Shown here piece after piece: positions 1 through 6,628 of a stretch of DNA of 14,499 bases. The position numbers and the translations under genes were made by a program. Source of the stretch: a bacterium (GTDB taxonomy: Bacteria > Bacillota > Clostridia > Christensenellales > Aristaeellaceae). The notes under the pieces were generated by a model. It made no database searches. It was given only the letters and a program-made list of their open reading frames with translations, and was not told where the DNA came from. Location: NCBI GenBank assembly GCA_963624325.1, contig CAVFPH010000051.1, positions 1 through 14,499 on the forward strand, read 5' to 3'. Each line of letters opens with the position of its first letter. Positions within the stretch are counted from its first letter, which is position 1.

Positions 1-36
1 CCTCATTGGCACTGCATCCGCCTTCATCTGCCACAG

Positions 37-236
37 GCAGCGGCGGATTTGTGCCTCCCGCCGTACACGCCGCCGCTGCGGATTTCAAACGGAGGCGCTT
101 GCGCCCTCCGTTGCCTCCCGCTGAGTTACTCCTGCTTTTACGTTGACTTCAATCAATGATAAGGTGGTTCTTTGTTACTTTCTTGGCACAAGAAAGTAAC
201 GTCCCCTTCGTTCTCCCCGTCTCTCCCCGTCCCCCC
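37..236 (+). repeat. Composite hairpin repeat, 'F' orientation, 5' part probably cut by the window edge: long stem, linker, H5, tail, H6, C-rich tract
   Basis: Stem gcagcggcgg (37-46) / ccgccgctgc (70-79). H5 is aacggaggcgc..gcgccctccgtt (88-112) with a bulged C. The tail gcctcccgctgagttactcctgcttttac recurs at 6307-6330 and, reverse-complemented, at 4169-4195. H6 is gttactttctt (174-184) / aagaaagtaac (190-200), followed by gtcccc-type C-rich repeats at 201-236. Confidence 0.85.
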
Positions 237-251
237 AGAAAGGAGTATTTC

Positions 252-1442
252 ATGATACAGCGATCTGCCGCCGCGATGGCGGGTGATCTTCCCTCCGCGG
301 AGCTTTTGCAGGGTGTTCTGCGGGAGCACATCCGCGGCTGCGCGCGCCTGCAGCGTCTTCACGCCTACTATGAGGGCGCGCACGACATCCTGCGCCGCGA
401 GCGCCGCAAGGGGCTGCCCAACACGCGCATTCCCCACGGCTACCCTGCCTACATCAGCGATATGGCGGCGGGATACCTGCTGGGCGCGCCCATCCGTTAC
501 GATTACGAGCCGACAGAGGCAATCTCTCCCCTGACGCAGGCGCTGACGGCCTGCGATTCGGCCTCGGTGGATGCCGAAATTGCCATGCAGCAAAGCGTGT
601 TCGGCCGCGGAACGGAACTGTGCTACGCCGATGAAAACGCGTGCCCGCACTGCATCGCGGTGGATCCGCGCAATGCCTTTACGGTGTACAGCGATGATGA
701 GCAGGTGCGCCCGCTCTTTGCCGTCACCCTGCGCCCCGAGATTGACGCGCGGGGCAACCGCGCCGGGGTGCGCGTCACGGTGTACACCGACCGCCTGATT
801 GCCCGCTACCGCGCCGCGCAGACGGGCGGCATCCGCCATCCCTACGAAACCGTGCCGCACTATTTCGGCTTTGTGCCCTTGACCGAGTACTGGAACAACG
901 CCCGTGAGCGCGGGGATTTTGAGCGTGTCCTGCCCCTGATTGACGCCTACGACCTGCTGCAAAGCGACCGCGTCAACGATAAGCAGCAGTTTGCCGATGC
1001 CCTGCTGGTGCTGACGGGTGTCGTGGGGCTGACCGCCCCCAAGGACGGGGATCAGCGCACCCCGGGCGAGCGGCTGCGGCAGGATAAAACCCTGGCGCTG
1101 CCCGACAGCACCGCCCGCGTGGAATGGCTGACCAAGGAGGCGCGGGAGACCGATGCCGATGTCCTGCGAGAGGCGCTTGCCCGCGATATCCACAAGTTTT
1201 CCATGATGCCCGATCTGACCGATCAGCAGTTTGCCGCCAACGCCAGCGGCGTGGCCATGCGCTATAAACTGCTGGGGCTGGAGCAGCTGACGGGCGTCAA
1301 GGAAAGGTGGTTCAAGGAAGGCCTGCGCGGCAGGGTGCGGCTGTTTAACCACTATCTGAGCCTGCTGGGAGCAAGGGAAATCGTGCCCGAAAAGGTGGAC
1401 TTCATCTTTACCCGTTCCCTCCCTCTCGACGAAACCGAGTAA
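252..1442 (+). CDS. Phage portal protein (SPP1 Gp6-like family)
   Basis: 396 aa from the ATG at 252, which follows aggag (241-245) with a 6-nt spacer. The upstream in-frame ATG at 156 lies inside the repeat. Portal-like stretches include DAEIAMQQSVFGRGTEL, FTVYSDDE, YDLLQSDRVNDKQQFADALLVLTG and FSMMPDLTDQQFAANASGVAMRYKLLGLEQL. It is the first gene of a head module. Confidence 0.85.
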   Translation: MIQRSAAAMAGDLPSAELLQGVLREHIRGCARLQRLHAYYEGAHDILRRERRKGLPNTRIPHGYPAYISDMAAGYLLGAPIRYDYEPTEAISPLTQALTACDSASVDAEIAMQQSVFGRGTELCYADENACPHCIAVDPRNAFTVYSDDEQVRPLFAVTLRPEIDARGNRAGVRVTVYTDRLIARYRAAQTGGIRHPYETVPHYFGFVPLTEYWNNARERGDFERVLPLIDAYDLLQSDRVNDKQQFADALLVLTGVVGLTAPKDGDQRTPGERLRQDKTLALPDSTARVEWLTKEARETDADVLREALARDIHKFSMMPDLTDQQFAANASGVAMRYKLLGLEQLTGVKERWFKEGLRGRVRLFNHYLSLLGAREIVPEKVDFIFTRSLPLDETE

Positions 1443-1460
1443 CATCCCCTCATTCCTAAG

Positions 1461-1517
1461 ATGGTTCTTTGGTCCTTTCTTGACTCAAGAAAGGACCGTC
1501 CCCCCGTCCCCCTACCC
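1461..1517 (+). repeat. H6 leader cassette copy (hairpin plus C-rich tract) upstream of the scaffold gene
   Basis: atggttctttg, then an 11-bp stem ggtcctttctt (1471-1481) / aagaaaggacc (1487-1497) with loop gactc, then gtccccccgtccccctaccc. Same layout as 166-236 and 9947-9997. Confidence 0.85.
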
Positions 1518-1533
1518 ACAGAAAGGAGCAGCA

Positions 1534-2001
1534 ATGCCCACCGAGGACACACAAACACACGAAAATCCGCCGCCCGCCCCAAGCGACGGGGAAAGCACCC
1601 AAGGAAACGATGCGGCGGAGCGGATGCTTGCCGCCGAGCGCGCGCGCTGGGAAGCGGCGCTTCTGGAGCAGCGCACCCTGCGCGAGCAGGCGGAAGCCGC
1701 CCTGCGGGCGCAGGCAGAGCGCACCCGCGCGGGGGAAATGCGCCTGCGCGCGGCAGACGAGCTTGCGCGGCGCGGGCTTCCCCACACCCTGATCTCCGTC
1801 CTGCGCTGCGACAGCGAGGAGGCGCTCAGCGACAGCCTGAGCAGCGTGGAGCAGGCCTTCCGCGCCTCCCTGGAGCAGGGAGTGCGCGAGCGTCTGCGCG
1901 GCGCGGCACCCGCCGCCCCCGCGGAGGAAACAGGCGGCAGGCGCCTTAGCTATCAGCAGGCCGTCCGCCGCTATCAGCAGCAAAAAAATGCCCAACCCTA
2001 A
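1534..2001 (+). CDS. Capsid scaffolding protein (DUF4355-like)
   Basis: 155 aa from the ATG at 1534, preceded by gaaaggag (1521-1528). Charged coiled region, then ELARRGLPHTLISVLRCDSEEALSDSLSSVEQAFRASLEQGVRERLRG. This resembles the KRGLP..L...L..DSEE...N...F...F signature recalled for DUF4355 scaffolds. Lies between portal and capsid genes. Confidence 0.72.
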   Translation: MPTEDTQTHENPPPAPSDGESTQGNDAAERMLAAERARWEAALLEQRTLREQAEAALRAQAERTRAGEMRLRAADELARRGLPHTLISVLRCDSEEALSDSLSSVEQAFRASLEQGVRERLRGAAPAAPAEETGGRRLSYQQAVRRYQQQKNAQP

Positions 2002-2017
2002 CCGAATAAGGAGGTAA

Positions 2018-3151
2018 ATGAACATGTCCGTAACCACTGTATCCAATATGATCATTCCCGAGGTCGTCTCCTCCCTGATTGACAGCAGCCTGGGCGACGG
2101 TGTCACCCTGCTCCCTTTGACCGAACAGGATGATACCCTGGTGGGTCAGCCGGGCGATACCCTGCGCTTTCCCGTGTTTGCCTACATCGGCAAGGCCGCC
2201 GTGGTGGCCGAAAACGGTCAGGTGATCCCGGGTCAACTGACGGCCAGCATGAAGAGCGTCACGGTGCAAAAGTACGCCAAGGCCATCTCCATTACCGATG
2301 AGGCGCGATTGTCGGGCTACGGCGATCCGGTGGGCGAGGGCAGCCGCCAGCTGGCGCACGCCCTGGATCATGCCGTGGATGACGATCTCTTCCAGTGCCT
2401 GAATGATGCCGGCGTTGCCCGCAAGTACGTGTCGGGGGCGCTGAGCGCCGATGTGATTGCCGACGCGCTGACGCTGTTCGGCGAGGATCCCGAGGGGCGC
2501 AAGGTGCTGTTGACCGATGCCGCCGGCCTTGCCGCCCTGCGCAAGGATCCCGATTTTGTCGGCCGCGGGGATATGGGCGAGGAGCTGGTCATGCACGGCG
2601 CCAAGGGCGAGGTGTGGGGCTGCGAAATCGTCATCACCAATAAGGTGCGCGAGAACCCGAAAACCAAGGAGAAAAGCTATTTTATCGTAAAGCCCGGCGC
2701 GCTGCGCCTGGTCAACAAGCAGGGCGCGATGGTGGAAATCGACCGCGAGCCCGAGTACATGCGCGATAACATCTTTGCCTCCCTGCACTGCGTGCCCTAC
2801 CTCTACGACGAAAGCAAGGTGGTGGCCATCACCCGCTTTACGGGGCTTTGCGTGCTTACCGAGGATGCGCAGAAGCTGGGCTTTGAAACCGCGGCGGCGG
2901 GCAGCGGCAAAACGCGCATTGTCATTCCCCCTGCCTGGACGGCGCCCTCCGGCTGCCGCTGGGTGTATACCCTGAACGCCTCCGCCGCCGAGGAGGGCAG
3001 CTACGATACGGTGTACAGCGCGGGCACCCCCTGGGGCGGCAATGACGCGCAGGTGGCCGCGGGCGGCAAGGCGTACTGCCATCTGCTGCTGCTGGACAGC
3101 GAAAACAAGCCCGTCAAAACGCTCACCCTTGCGGTGAACGCGGGCGTGTAA
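2018..3151 (+). CDS. Major capsid protein (HK97-fold type) with a C-terminal extension
   Basis: 377 aa. Strong SD aaggagg at 2008-2014. The ATG at 2018 is only 3 nt downstream, so the second ATG at 2024 may be the true start. Position directly after the scaffold gene. The N-terminal MSVTTVSNMIIPEVV...LPLT...GDTLRFPVF...A pattern is typical of Firmicute phage capsid proteins. Confidence 0.78.
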   Translation: MNMSVTTVSNMIIPEVVSSLIDSSLGDGVTLLPLTEQDDTLVGQPGDTLRFPVFAYIGKAAVVAENGQVIPGQLTASMKSVTVQKYAKAISITDEARLSGYGDPVGEGSRQLAHALDHAVDDDLFQCLNDAGVARKYVSGALSADVIADALTLFGEDPEGRKVLLTDAAGLAALRKDPDFVGRGDMGEELVMHGAKGEVWGCEIVITNKVRENPKTKEKSYFIVKPGALRLVNKQGAMVEIDREPEYMRDNIFASLHCVPYLYDESKVVAITRFTGLCVLTEDAQKLGFETAAAGSGKTRIVIPPAWTAPSGCRWVYTLNASAAEEGSYDTVYSAGTPWGGNDAQVAAGGKAYCHLLLLDSENKPVKTLTLAVNAGV

Positions 3152-3166
3152 AGGCAGGCGAAGGGC

Positions 3167-3475
3167 ATGACCTTGGATGAAATGCTGGCCTGCCTGCACA
3201 GGCTGCTGGATGTGGATGAAAAGCAGGATGAACTGCTCTGCGATCTGCTGGCCGATGCCAACGCGCTGATGCTGGCCTATATCGGGCGGGAGGAGCTGCC
3301 AAGCGCCCTCTCCCGCGCGCAGTGCCGCCTGGCGGCGGTGCTGTATAACCGCCTGGGCATGGAGGGGGAAAGCCGACGCACCGAGGGCAGCGTCACCGTC
3401 ACGGTGGATACCCTGCCCGAGGATATATTGACCCTGCTGCGCCCCTTCCGCCTGGCCGGGACGGTGAGCCTATGA
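3167..3475 (+). CDS. Head-tail connector / DNA-packaging protein (phage gp6-like)
   Basis: 102 aa. Helical pattern L..LL.VDE...DELL..LL.DA...M..YIGREELP.....RLAAVLYNRLG.EG resembles gp6-like head-tail connectors. Position after the capsid gene. ATGA overlap with the next gene. Confidence 0.68.
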   Translation: MTLDEMLACLHRLLDVDEKQDELLCDLLADANALMLAYIGREELPSALSRAQCRLAAVLYNRLGMEGESRRTEGSVTVTVDTLPEDILTLLRPFRLAGTVSL

Positions 3476-3810
3476 TGCGCCCGCGCCGACGCACCCGCTG
3501 CGTGCTCTATGCCGCCCGCTGCGTGCCCACAGAGGATGCCATCGGCGGGATCACGGCAGGCTACGCCCCCGAGCGCCGCCCCCTGCGCGGCACGATGATC
3601 CCCCGCACAAACCGTGATGTGCCCCGCATCCCCGGGCTCTGCCGGCAAAGGGAGGCCGACTTCCTGCTTTCCCCCGATGCCGATATCCGCGAAAGGGACG
3701 GCCTCTACGCCTCCGAGGCCGATCCCCTGCCCGCCTGGCGCGTGGCCGGGATAGACCGATACCCCCTGCACCTGTGCGCACGGCTGGAGGAGGCGGGCGC
3801 GAATGCGTAG
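3472..3810 (+). CDS. Putative head closure / head-tail adaptor protein
   Basis: 112 aa. Call rests on position between the gp6-like and gp10-like genes, on size, and on overlaps with both neighbours. No motif recognised with certainty. Confidence 0.45.
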   Translation: MMRPRRRTRCVLYAARCVPTEDAIGGITAGYAPERRPLRGTMIPRTNRDVPRIPGLCRQREADFLLSPDADIRERDGLYASEADPLPAWRVAGIDRYPLHLCARLEEAGANA

Positions 3811-4123
3811 CATCGGCATCCCCGCCTATCGCAAGAACCTGCAAAAGCGCATCGAAAACGCCCTGCAAAACATCGCCCGCGATGCGCAAATCCGCGCCCG
3901 CGCCGCCGTCCCCCTGGGCGACGGCCGCGACGGCGGACACCTCAGAGACTGCATTCTGGCGGACGCCGCCTTTGACGGCACGCGCGGCTATGCGCAGGTG
4001 ACCGCCGAAAACCCCCACGCCGCCTATGTGGAACTGGGCACCATCCATATGCCCGGGCTGCATTACCTGACGAACGCGCTGAACGAGACGGAGGGAAAAC
4101 GCTGGATACGTTACTTTCTTTAG
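3803..4123 (+). CDS. HK97 gp10-family tail/neck component
   Basis: 106 aa. The ...A...AR..VPLGDGRDGGHLRD.I........G.A.V......HAAYVELGT pattern resembles the HK97 gp10 family. The last ~13 codons and the TAG stop (4121-4123) lie inside the reverse-oriented H6 repeat. Confidence 0.62.
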   Translation: MRSIGIPAYRKNLQKRIENALQNIARDAQIRARAAVPLGDGRDGGHLRDCILADAAFDGTRGYAQVTAENPHAAYVELGTIHMPGLHYLTNALNETEGKRWIRYFL

Positions 4124-4380
4124 GAAAGAAAGTAACAAAGAACCATCTCAAAACCACTCAATGTCTACTTAAAAGCAGAGTAACTCAGCGGGTGGTCAAG
4201 GCGGGCGCGAGCGCCGCCTTGTTAAATCCGCAGCGGCGGCGTGTACGGCGCGAGGAGAAAATTCGCGAAGGAGGTTCCCTCCGAGAGCGAATTTTCATTC
4301 CTTACGTTTTTCACGGCCGTCAGCGCAGCTGACAGTGAAAAACGCAAAAAATCCGTTAAAAGTCGCGGACTTTTAACGGC
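4098..4380 (-). repeat. Most complete single copy of the composite hairpin repeat ('R' orientation on the + strand): H6, tail, H5, linker, H4, H3, A-run, H1
   Basis: H6 gttactttctt (4110-4120) / aagaaagtaac (4126-4136). H5 aaggcgggcgcgagcgccgcctt (4198-4220). H4 gaaaattcgc (4257-4266) / gcgaattttc (4287-4296), inner ggagg/cctcc. H3 cgtttttcac (4305-4314) / gtgaaaaacg (4335-4344), inner gtcagc/gctgac. H1 ccgttaaaagtc (4353-4364) / gacttttaacgg (4368-4379). Confidence 0.9.
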
Positions 4381-4396
4381 ACATCCGAAAGGAGTT

Positions 4397-4756
4397 ATGA
4401 TGATCGATTTGACCAACACCCTGCGCTGCGCGGTATCCGCCGTTGTGCCCTGCACGCAGGCCTACCCCGCGCGCGCGGCGGCCTTCCCCAGCGCGGCGGT
4501 GTACGAAAGCGGCAATGCCGTGCAGGCGCGCTGCAACGGCGGCGATTACCTGAGCGCGCTGGAATACACCGTTGAAATCCGCGCCTATGCCCCGGGGGAT
4601 ACCCACGCGCTGTCGGTACGCGTGGATGAGGCCGTCGGCGCGCTGGGCTTCAGCCGCGTATCCTGCACGGATCTCTACGACAGCGCCCTGCGCGTGCATC
4701 GCCGCGTGATGCGCTACCGCGTGCTGTGCGATGCGGACGGCACGCTCTATCAGTAA
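4397..4756 (+). CDS. Putative tail terminator / tail completion protein
   Basis: 119 aa from the ATG at 4397 after aaaggag (4388-4394). The upstream part of ORF 4241.. is repeat sequence. Sits immediately upstream of the major tail gene. Small alpha/beta-looking protein. Call is by position only. Confidence 0.4.
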   Translation: MMIDLTNTLRCAVSAVVPCTQAYPARAAAFPSAAVYESGNAVQARCNGGDYLSALEYTVEIRAYAPGDTHALSVRVDEAVGALGFSRVSCTDLYDSALRVHRRVMRYRVLCDADGTLYQ

Positions 4757-4769
4757 GGAGGAAAAAAGC

Positions 4770-5183
4770 ATGCCCACAAAAACCATGGGAACGGTGTTTT
4801 CCCTGACGCCCGCAGGCGGCGAGCGCACGCAGATCGGATATCTGACCTCCATCGGCGAAATCGCCTGCGACAGCGAAATGATTGATATTACCACCCTGGA
4901 TCGGCAGGACGGCTGCCGCGTTTATATGCAGGGGGTGCGGGACGCGGGCGAAATGCGCCTGACGGGCTTCCACCGAAAGGACGCGGGCGGGCAGGCGCTG
5001 GTGCGCACCCTGTACAGCAGCGGCAGGGAGGCCGTCGCGCGCGTCGATTTTGCCGACGGCACGGCCTTTGAATTCCCCGTGCTCGTCAAGGGCTGGTCCC
5101 TTGGCGCATCGCAGGTGGAGGGCGCGGTCAGCTTTGCCTGCACCCTGCGCTTAAACGGCGCCGTAGAAAGCGTGAGCGCATGA
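4770..5183 (+). CDS. Major tail (tube) protein
   Basis: 137 aa from the ATG at 4770 after taaggagg (4754-4761). GTVF.L.......T.IG.L.SIGEI..DSE.IDITTLD resembles phi13/TP901-type major tail proteins. Followed by a chaperone-like gene with an ATGA overlap. Confidence 0.6.
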   Translation: MPTKTMGTVFSLTPAGGERTQIGYLTSIGEIACDSEMIDITTLDRQDGCRVYMQGVRDAGEMRLTGFHRKDAGGQALVRTLYSSGREAVARVDFADGTAFEFPVLVKGWSLGASQVEGAVSFACTLRLNGAVESVSA

Positions 5184-5680
5184 TGCCCCGCTATGCTGAA
5201 ATATTGAACCGTGCCTGGCCGCTGAGAATCACCCTTGCAAGCGCCGTGCGCGCAAGGGAAATCGGCGGCAAGCCCCTGCGGGAACTGTGCGCGGAGGGCA
5301 TGCCCGGCACATTGCTTTTGCTTTATGCCGCCCTGGCCGGGGAGCGCAAAAGCGTGACCCTTTCCCAGGCGGCGCGCCTGCTGTCCGCCGCCGCAAAGGA
5401 TCGGGATACCCTGGATGCCCTGCTCTCCGCCCTGACGCTGGCGCTTCGGGACAGCGGCTTTGACTGGGCGGACATCAGCCGCGAAGGGGTTGAGCGCCTC
5501 ACCCATGCCGCCCTGCGTGCAGGCTGCCCCGGGGCGGCGGAACTGCCTGACATGGGCTATACCGACGCGTTCGCCCTGATTTGGCGCTTTTTGAAGGATA
5601 GGCACGAAACCCCCGCCCCCATGGACGATAAAGATATGCAGTCCCTGCTGCGCGGCATGGCGAAGGGAGGCAAAAAATGA
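5180..5680 (+). CDS. Tail assembly chaperone (gpG-like)
   Basis: 166 aa directly after the major tail gene. The N-terminal LRITLASAVRAREIGGKPLREL pattern is typical of Firmicute phage tail chaperones. Ends in GGC AAA AAA TGA, with the next ORF in the -1 frame. Confidence 0.5.
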   Translation: MMPRYAEILNRAWPLRITLASAVRAREIGGKPLRELCAEGMPGTLLLLYAALAGERKSVTLSQAARLLSAAAKDRDTLDALLSALTLALRDSGFDWADISREGVERLTHAALRAGCPGAAELPDMGYTDAFALIWRFLKDRHETPAPMDDKDMQSLLRGMAKGGKK

Positions 5681-6090
5681 CCACCCTGGATACCCTGTGC
5701 GTGCGCCTGGAGGCCGAGGCGGGGGATGTTTTCGGCAAACTGGACACCCTGGAAACGCGCCTGCATGCCCTGCGCGGGCAGGGCGCGCAGACAATCTCCC
5801 TGCCCGCAGATCTGGAAATGCGCCTGACCGTCGCGGCGGATGATGCCGTGTCCGCCGCGCTTGCGGGCGCAGGCGAAACGCTGGCCGCCGCCGTCGCGGG
5901 CCACGATGCGCAGCTGGGCGCGGCGCTCGCCTCGGCGCAGCAGGCCCTGGCCGATGCCCTTACCGCCGCCGTCAACCGCCTGTCCGCCTCGCTTAACGTT
6001 ACCGTACCGGTCTATATCGACAGCACCCGCGTGGCAAATGCGGTGGTGGGAAATGTGAAGCAAAAACTAATGATGAAGGGAGGCCGTTAA
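5677..6090 (+). CDS. 137-aa Ala-rich helical protein: either a miniature tape measure protein or the T-domain of a G/GT chaperone pair
   Basis: Has its own SD gggagg (5664-5669), about 7 nt before the ATG at 5677. Predicted coiled and Ala-rich (AADDAVSAALAGAGETLAAAVAGHDAQLGAALASAQQALADALTAAV). C-terminal VPVYIDSTRVANAVVGNV. The TAA stop (6088-6090) lies inside repeat hairpin H1. Confidence 0.4.
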   Translation: MTTLDTLCVRLEAEAGDVFGKLDTLETRLHALRGQGAQTISLPADLEMRLTVAADDAVSAALAGAGETLAAAVAGHDAQLGAALASAQQALADALTAAVNRLSASLNVTVPVYIDSTRVANAVVGNVKQKLMMKGGR

Positions 6091-6335
6091 AAGTCCGCTT
6101 CGCGGTCTTTTAACGGGTATTCCGATAAAAATCTGCGGATTTTTATCGGGGTTTGGCGGATTTTCTTGTGCGCCGATGGCGCACGGGCAGAAAATCCGTA
6201 AGGAATGAAAATTTCCTCTCGCAGGAAACCTGCTTCGGAAATTTTCTCCTCCCGCCGTACACGCCGCCGGTCCGGGTTATAAACGGAGGCGCTCGCGCCC
6301 TCCGTTGCCTCCCGCTGAATTACTCTGCGATAAGC
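6084..6335 (+). repeat. Composite hairpin repeat, full 'F' copy: H1, H2, H3, H4, linker, H5, tail
   Basis: H1 6084-6116 (14 bp, one T/T mismatch). H2 ccgataaaaatc (6122-6133) / gatttttatcgg (6138-6149). H3 cggattttct (6157-6166) / agaaaatccg (6189-6198), inner gtgcgcc/ggcgcac. H4 gaaaatttcc (6207-6216) / ggaaattttc (6237-6246), inner gcagg/cctgc. H5 aacggaggcgc..gcgccctccgtt (6282-6306). Confidence 0.9.
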
Positions 6336-6363
6336 AGCCAAGCGGGACTGCACTTCAAAACAA

Positions 6364-6628
6364 ACTTGGCGGGTGGTCAAGGCGGGCGCGAGCGCCGCCT
6401 TGTTAATTCGTATCGCGGGGCAGGTTTCGCCTGTTTCCATCGGCATTGCCGATCAAGCTATTGGGCGAAGCCGTGAAAAAGCGGCAATGCCGTCCGCGCG
6501 GGCGGGGAAAATCCGCGAAGGAGGTCTCCTCCGAGAGCGGATTTTCATTCCTCTCAGATTTTCTGACCGTGAGCGCAGCTCACAGGAAAATCTGCAATAC
6601 CCGTTGAAAATCGAAAGATTTTCAACGG
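6364..6628 (-). repeat. Composite hairpin repeat, full 'R' copy with an extra ~70-nt insert: H5, insert, H4, H3, H2
   Basis: 6364-6420 is identical to 12833-12889 (57 nt). The insert carries stem ggcattgccg (6441-6450) / cggcaatgcc (6482-6491). H4 6507-6546. H3 6555-6594. H2 ccgttgaaaatc (6601-6612) / gattttcaacgg (6617-6628). Confidence 0.9.

Noticed and set aside
137-172. Sigma70-like promoter in the repeat tail (ttgact at 143-148; tttaca at 9938-9943)
   Set aside because: No acceptable -10 hexamer lies at 16-18 nt spacing in either copy, so no promoter call can be supported from sequence alone.
156-251. Conserved-looking peptides M(I/V)(R/L)W(F/S)F... starting in each H6 repeat (156, 1461, 9945 on +; 4157 on -), and the 156 start for the portal
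   Set aside because: The similarity is explained by nucleotide identity of the repeat. The downstream frame relative to the real gene differs between copies: in frame with the portal but out of frame with the scaffold. The SD-supported starts are 252, 1534 and 10012.
153-1445. Long antisense ORFs mirroring real genes: 153..1445 -, 1946..3199 -, 7865..8778 -, 8627..10054 -, 10806..11606 +, 4922..5794 - and others
   Set aside because: These are typical shadow ORFs of GC-rich DNA. The translations are Arg/Ala/Gly/Pro-rich and low complexity. They have no SD-supported starts. Each overlaps a sense-strand gene with clear family motifs.
4346-4380. H1/H2 hairpins inside the cluster acting as + strand intrinsic terminators
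   Set aside because: On the + strand they are preceded by A-runs, not followed by T-runs (4345-4351, 10465-10472). They would therefore terminate only antisense (- strand) transcripts. Only the recF-proximal copy is called a terminator.
4098-6628. Possible CRISPR array, because of recurring palindromic units
   Set aside because: There is no constant-length direct repeat alternating with unique spacers. The units are different hairpin modules in a fixed order, occur in both orientations and are scattered across 13 kb. No cas genes are in the window.
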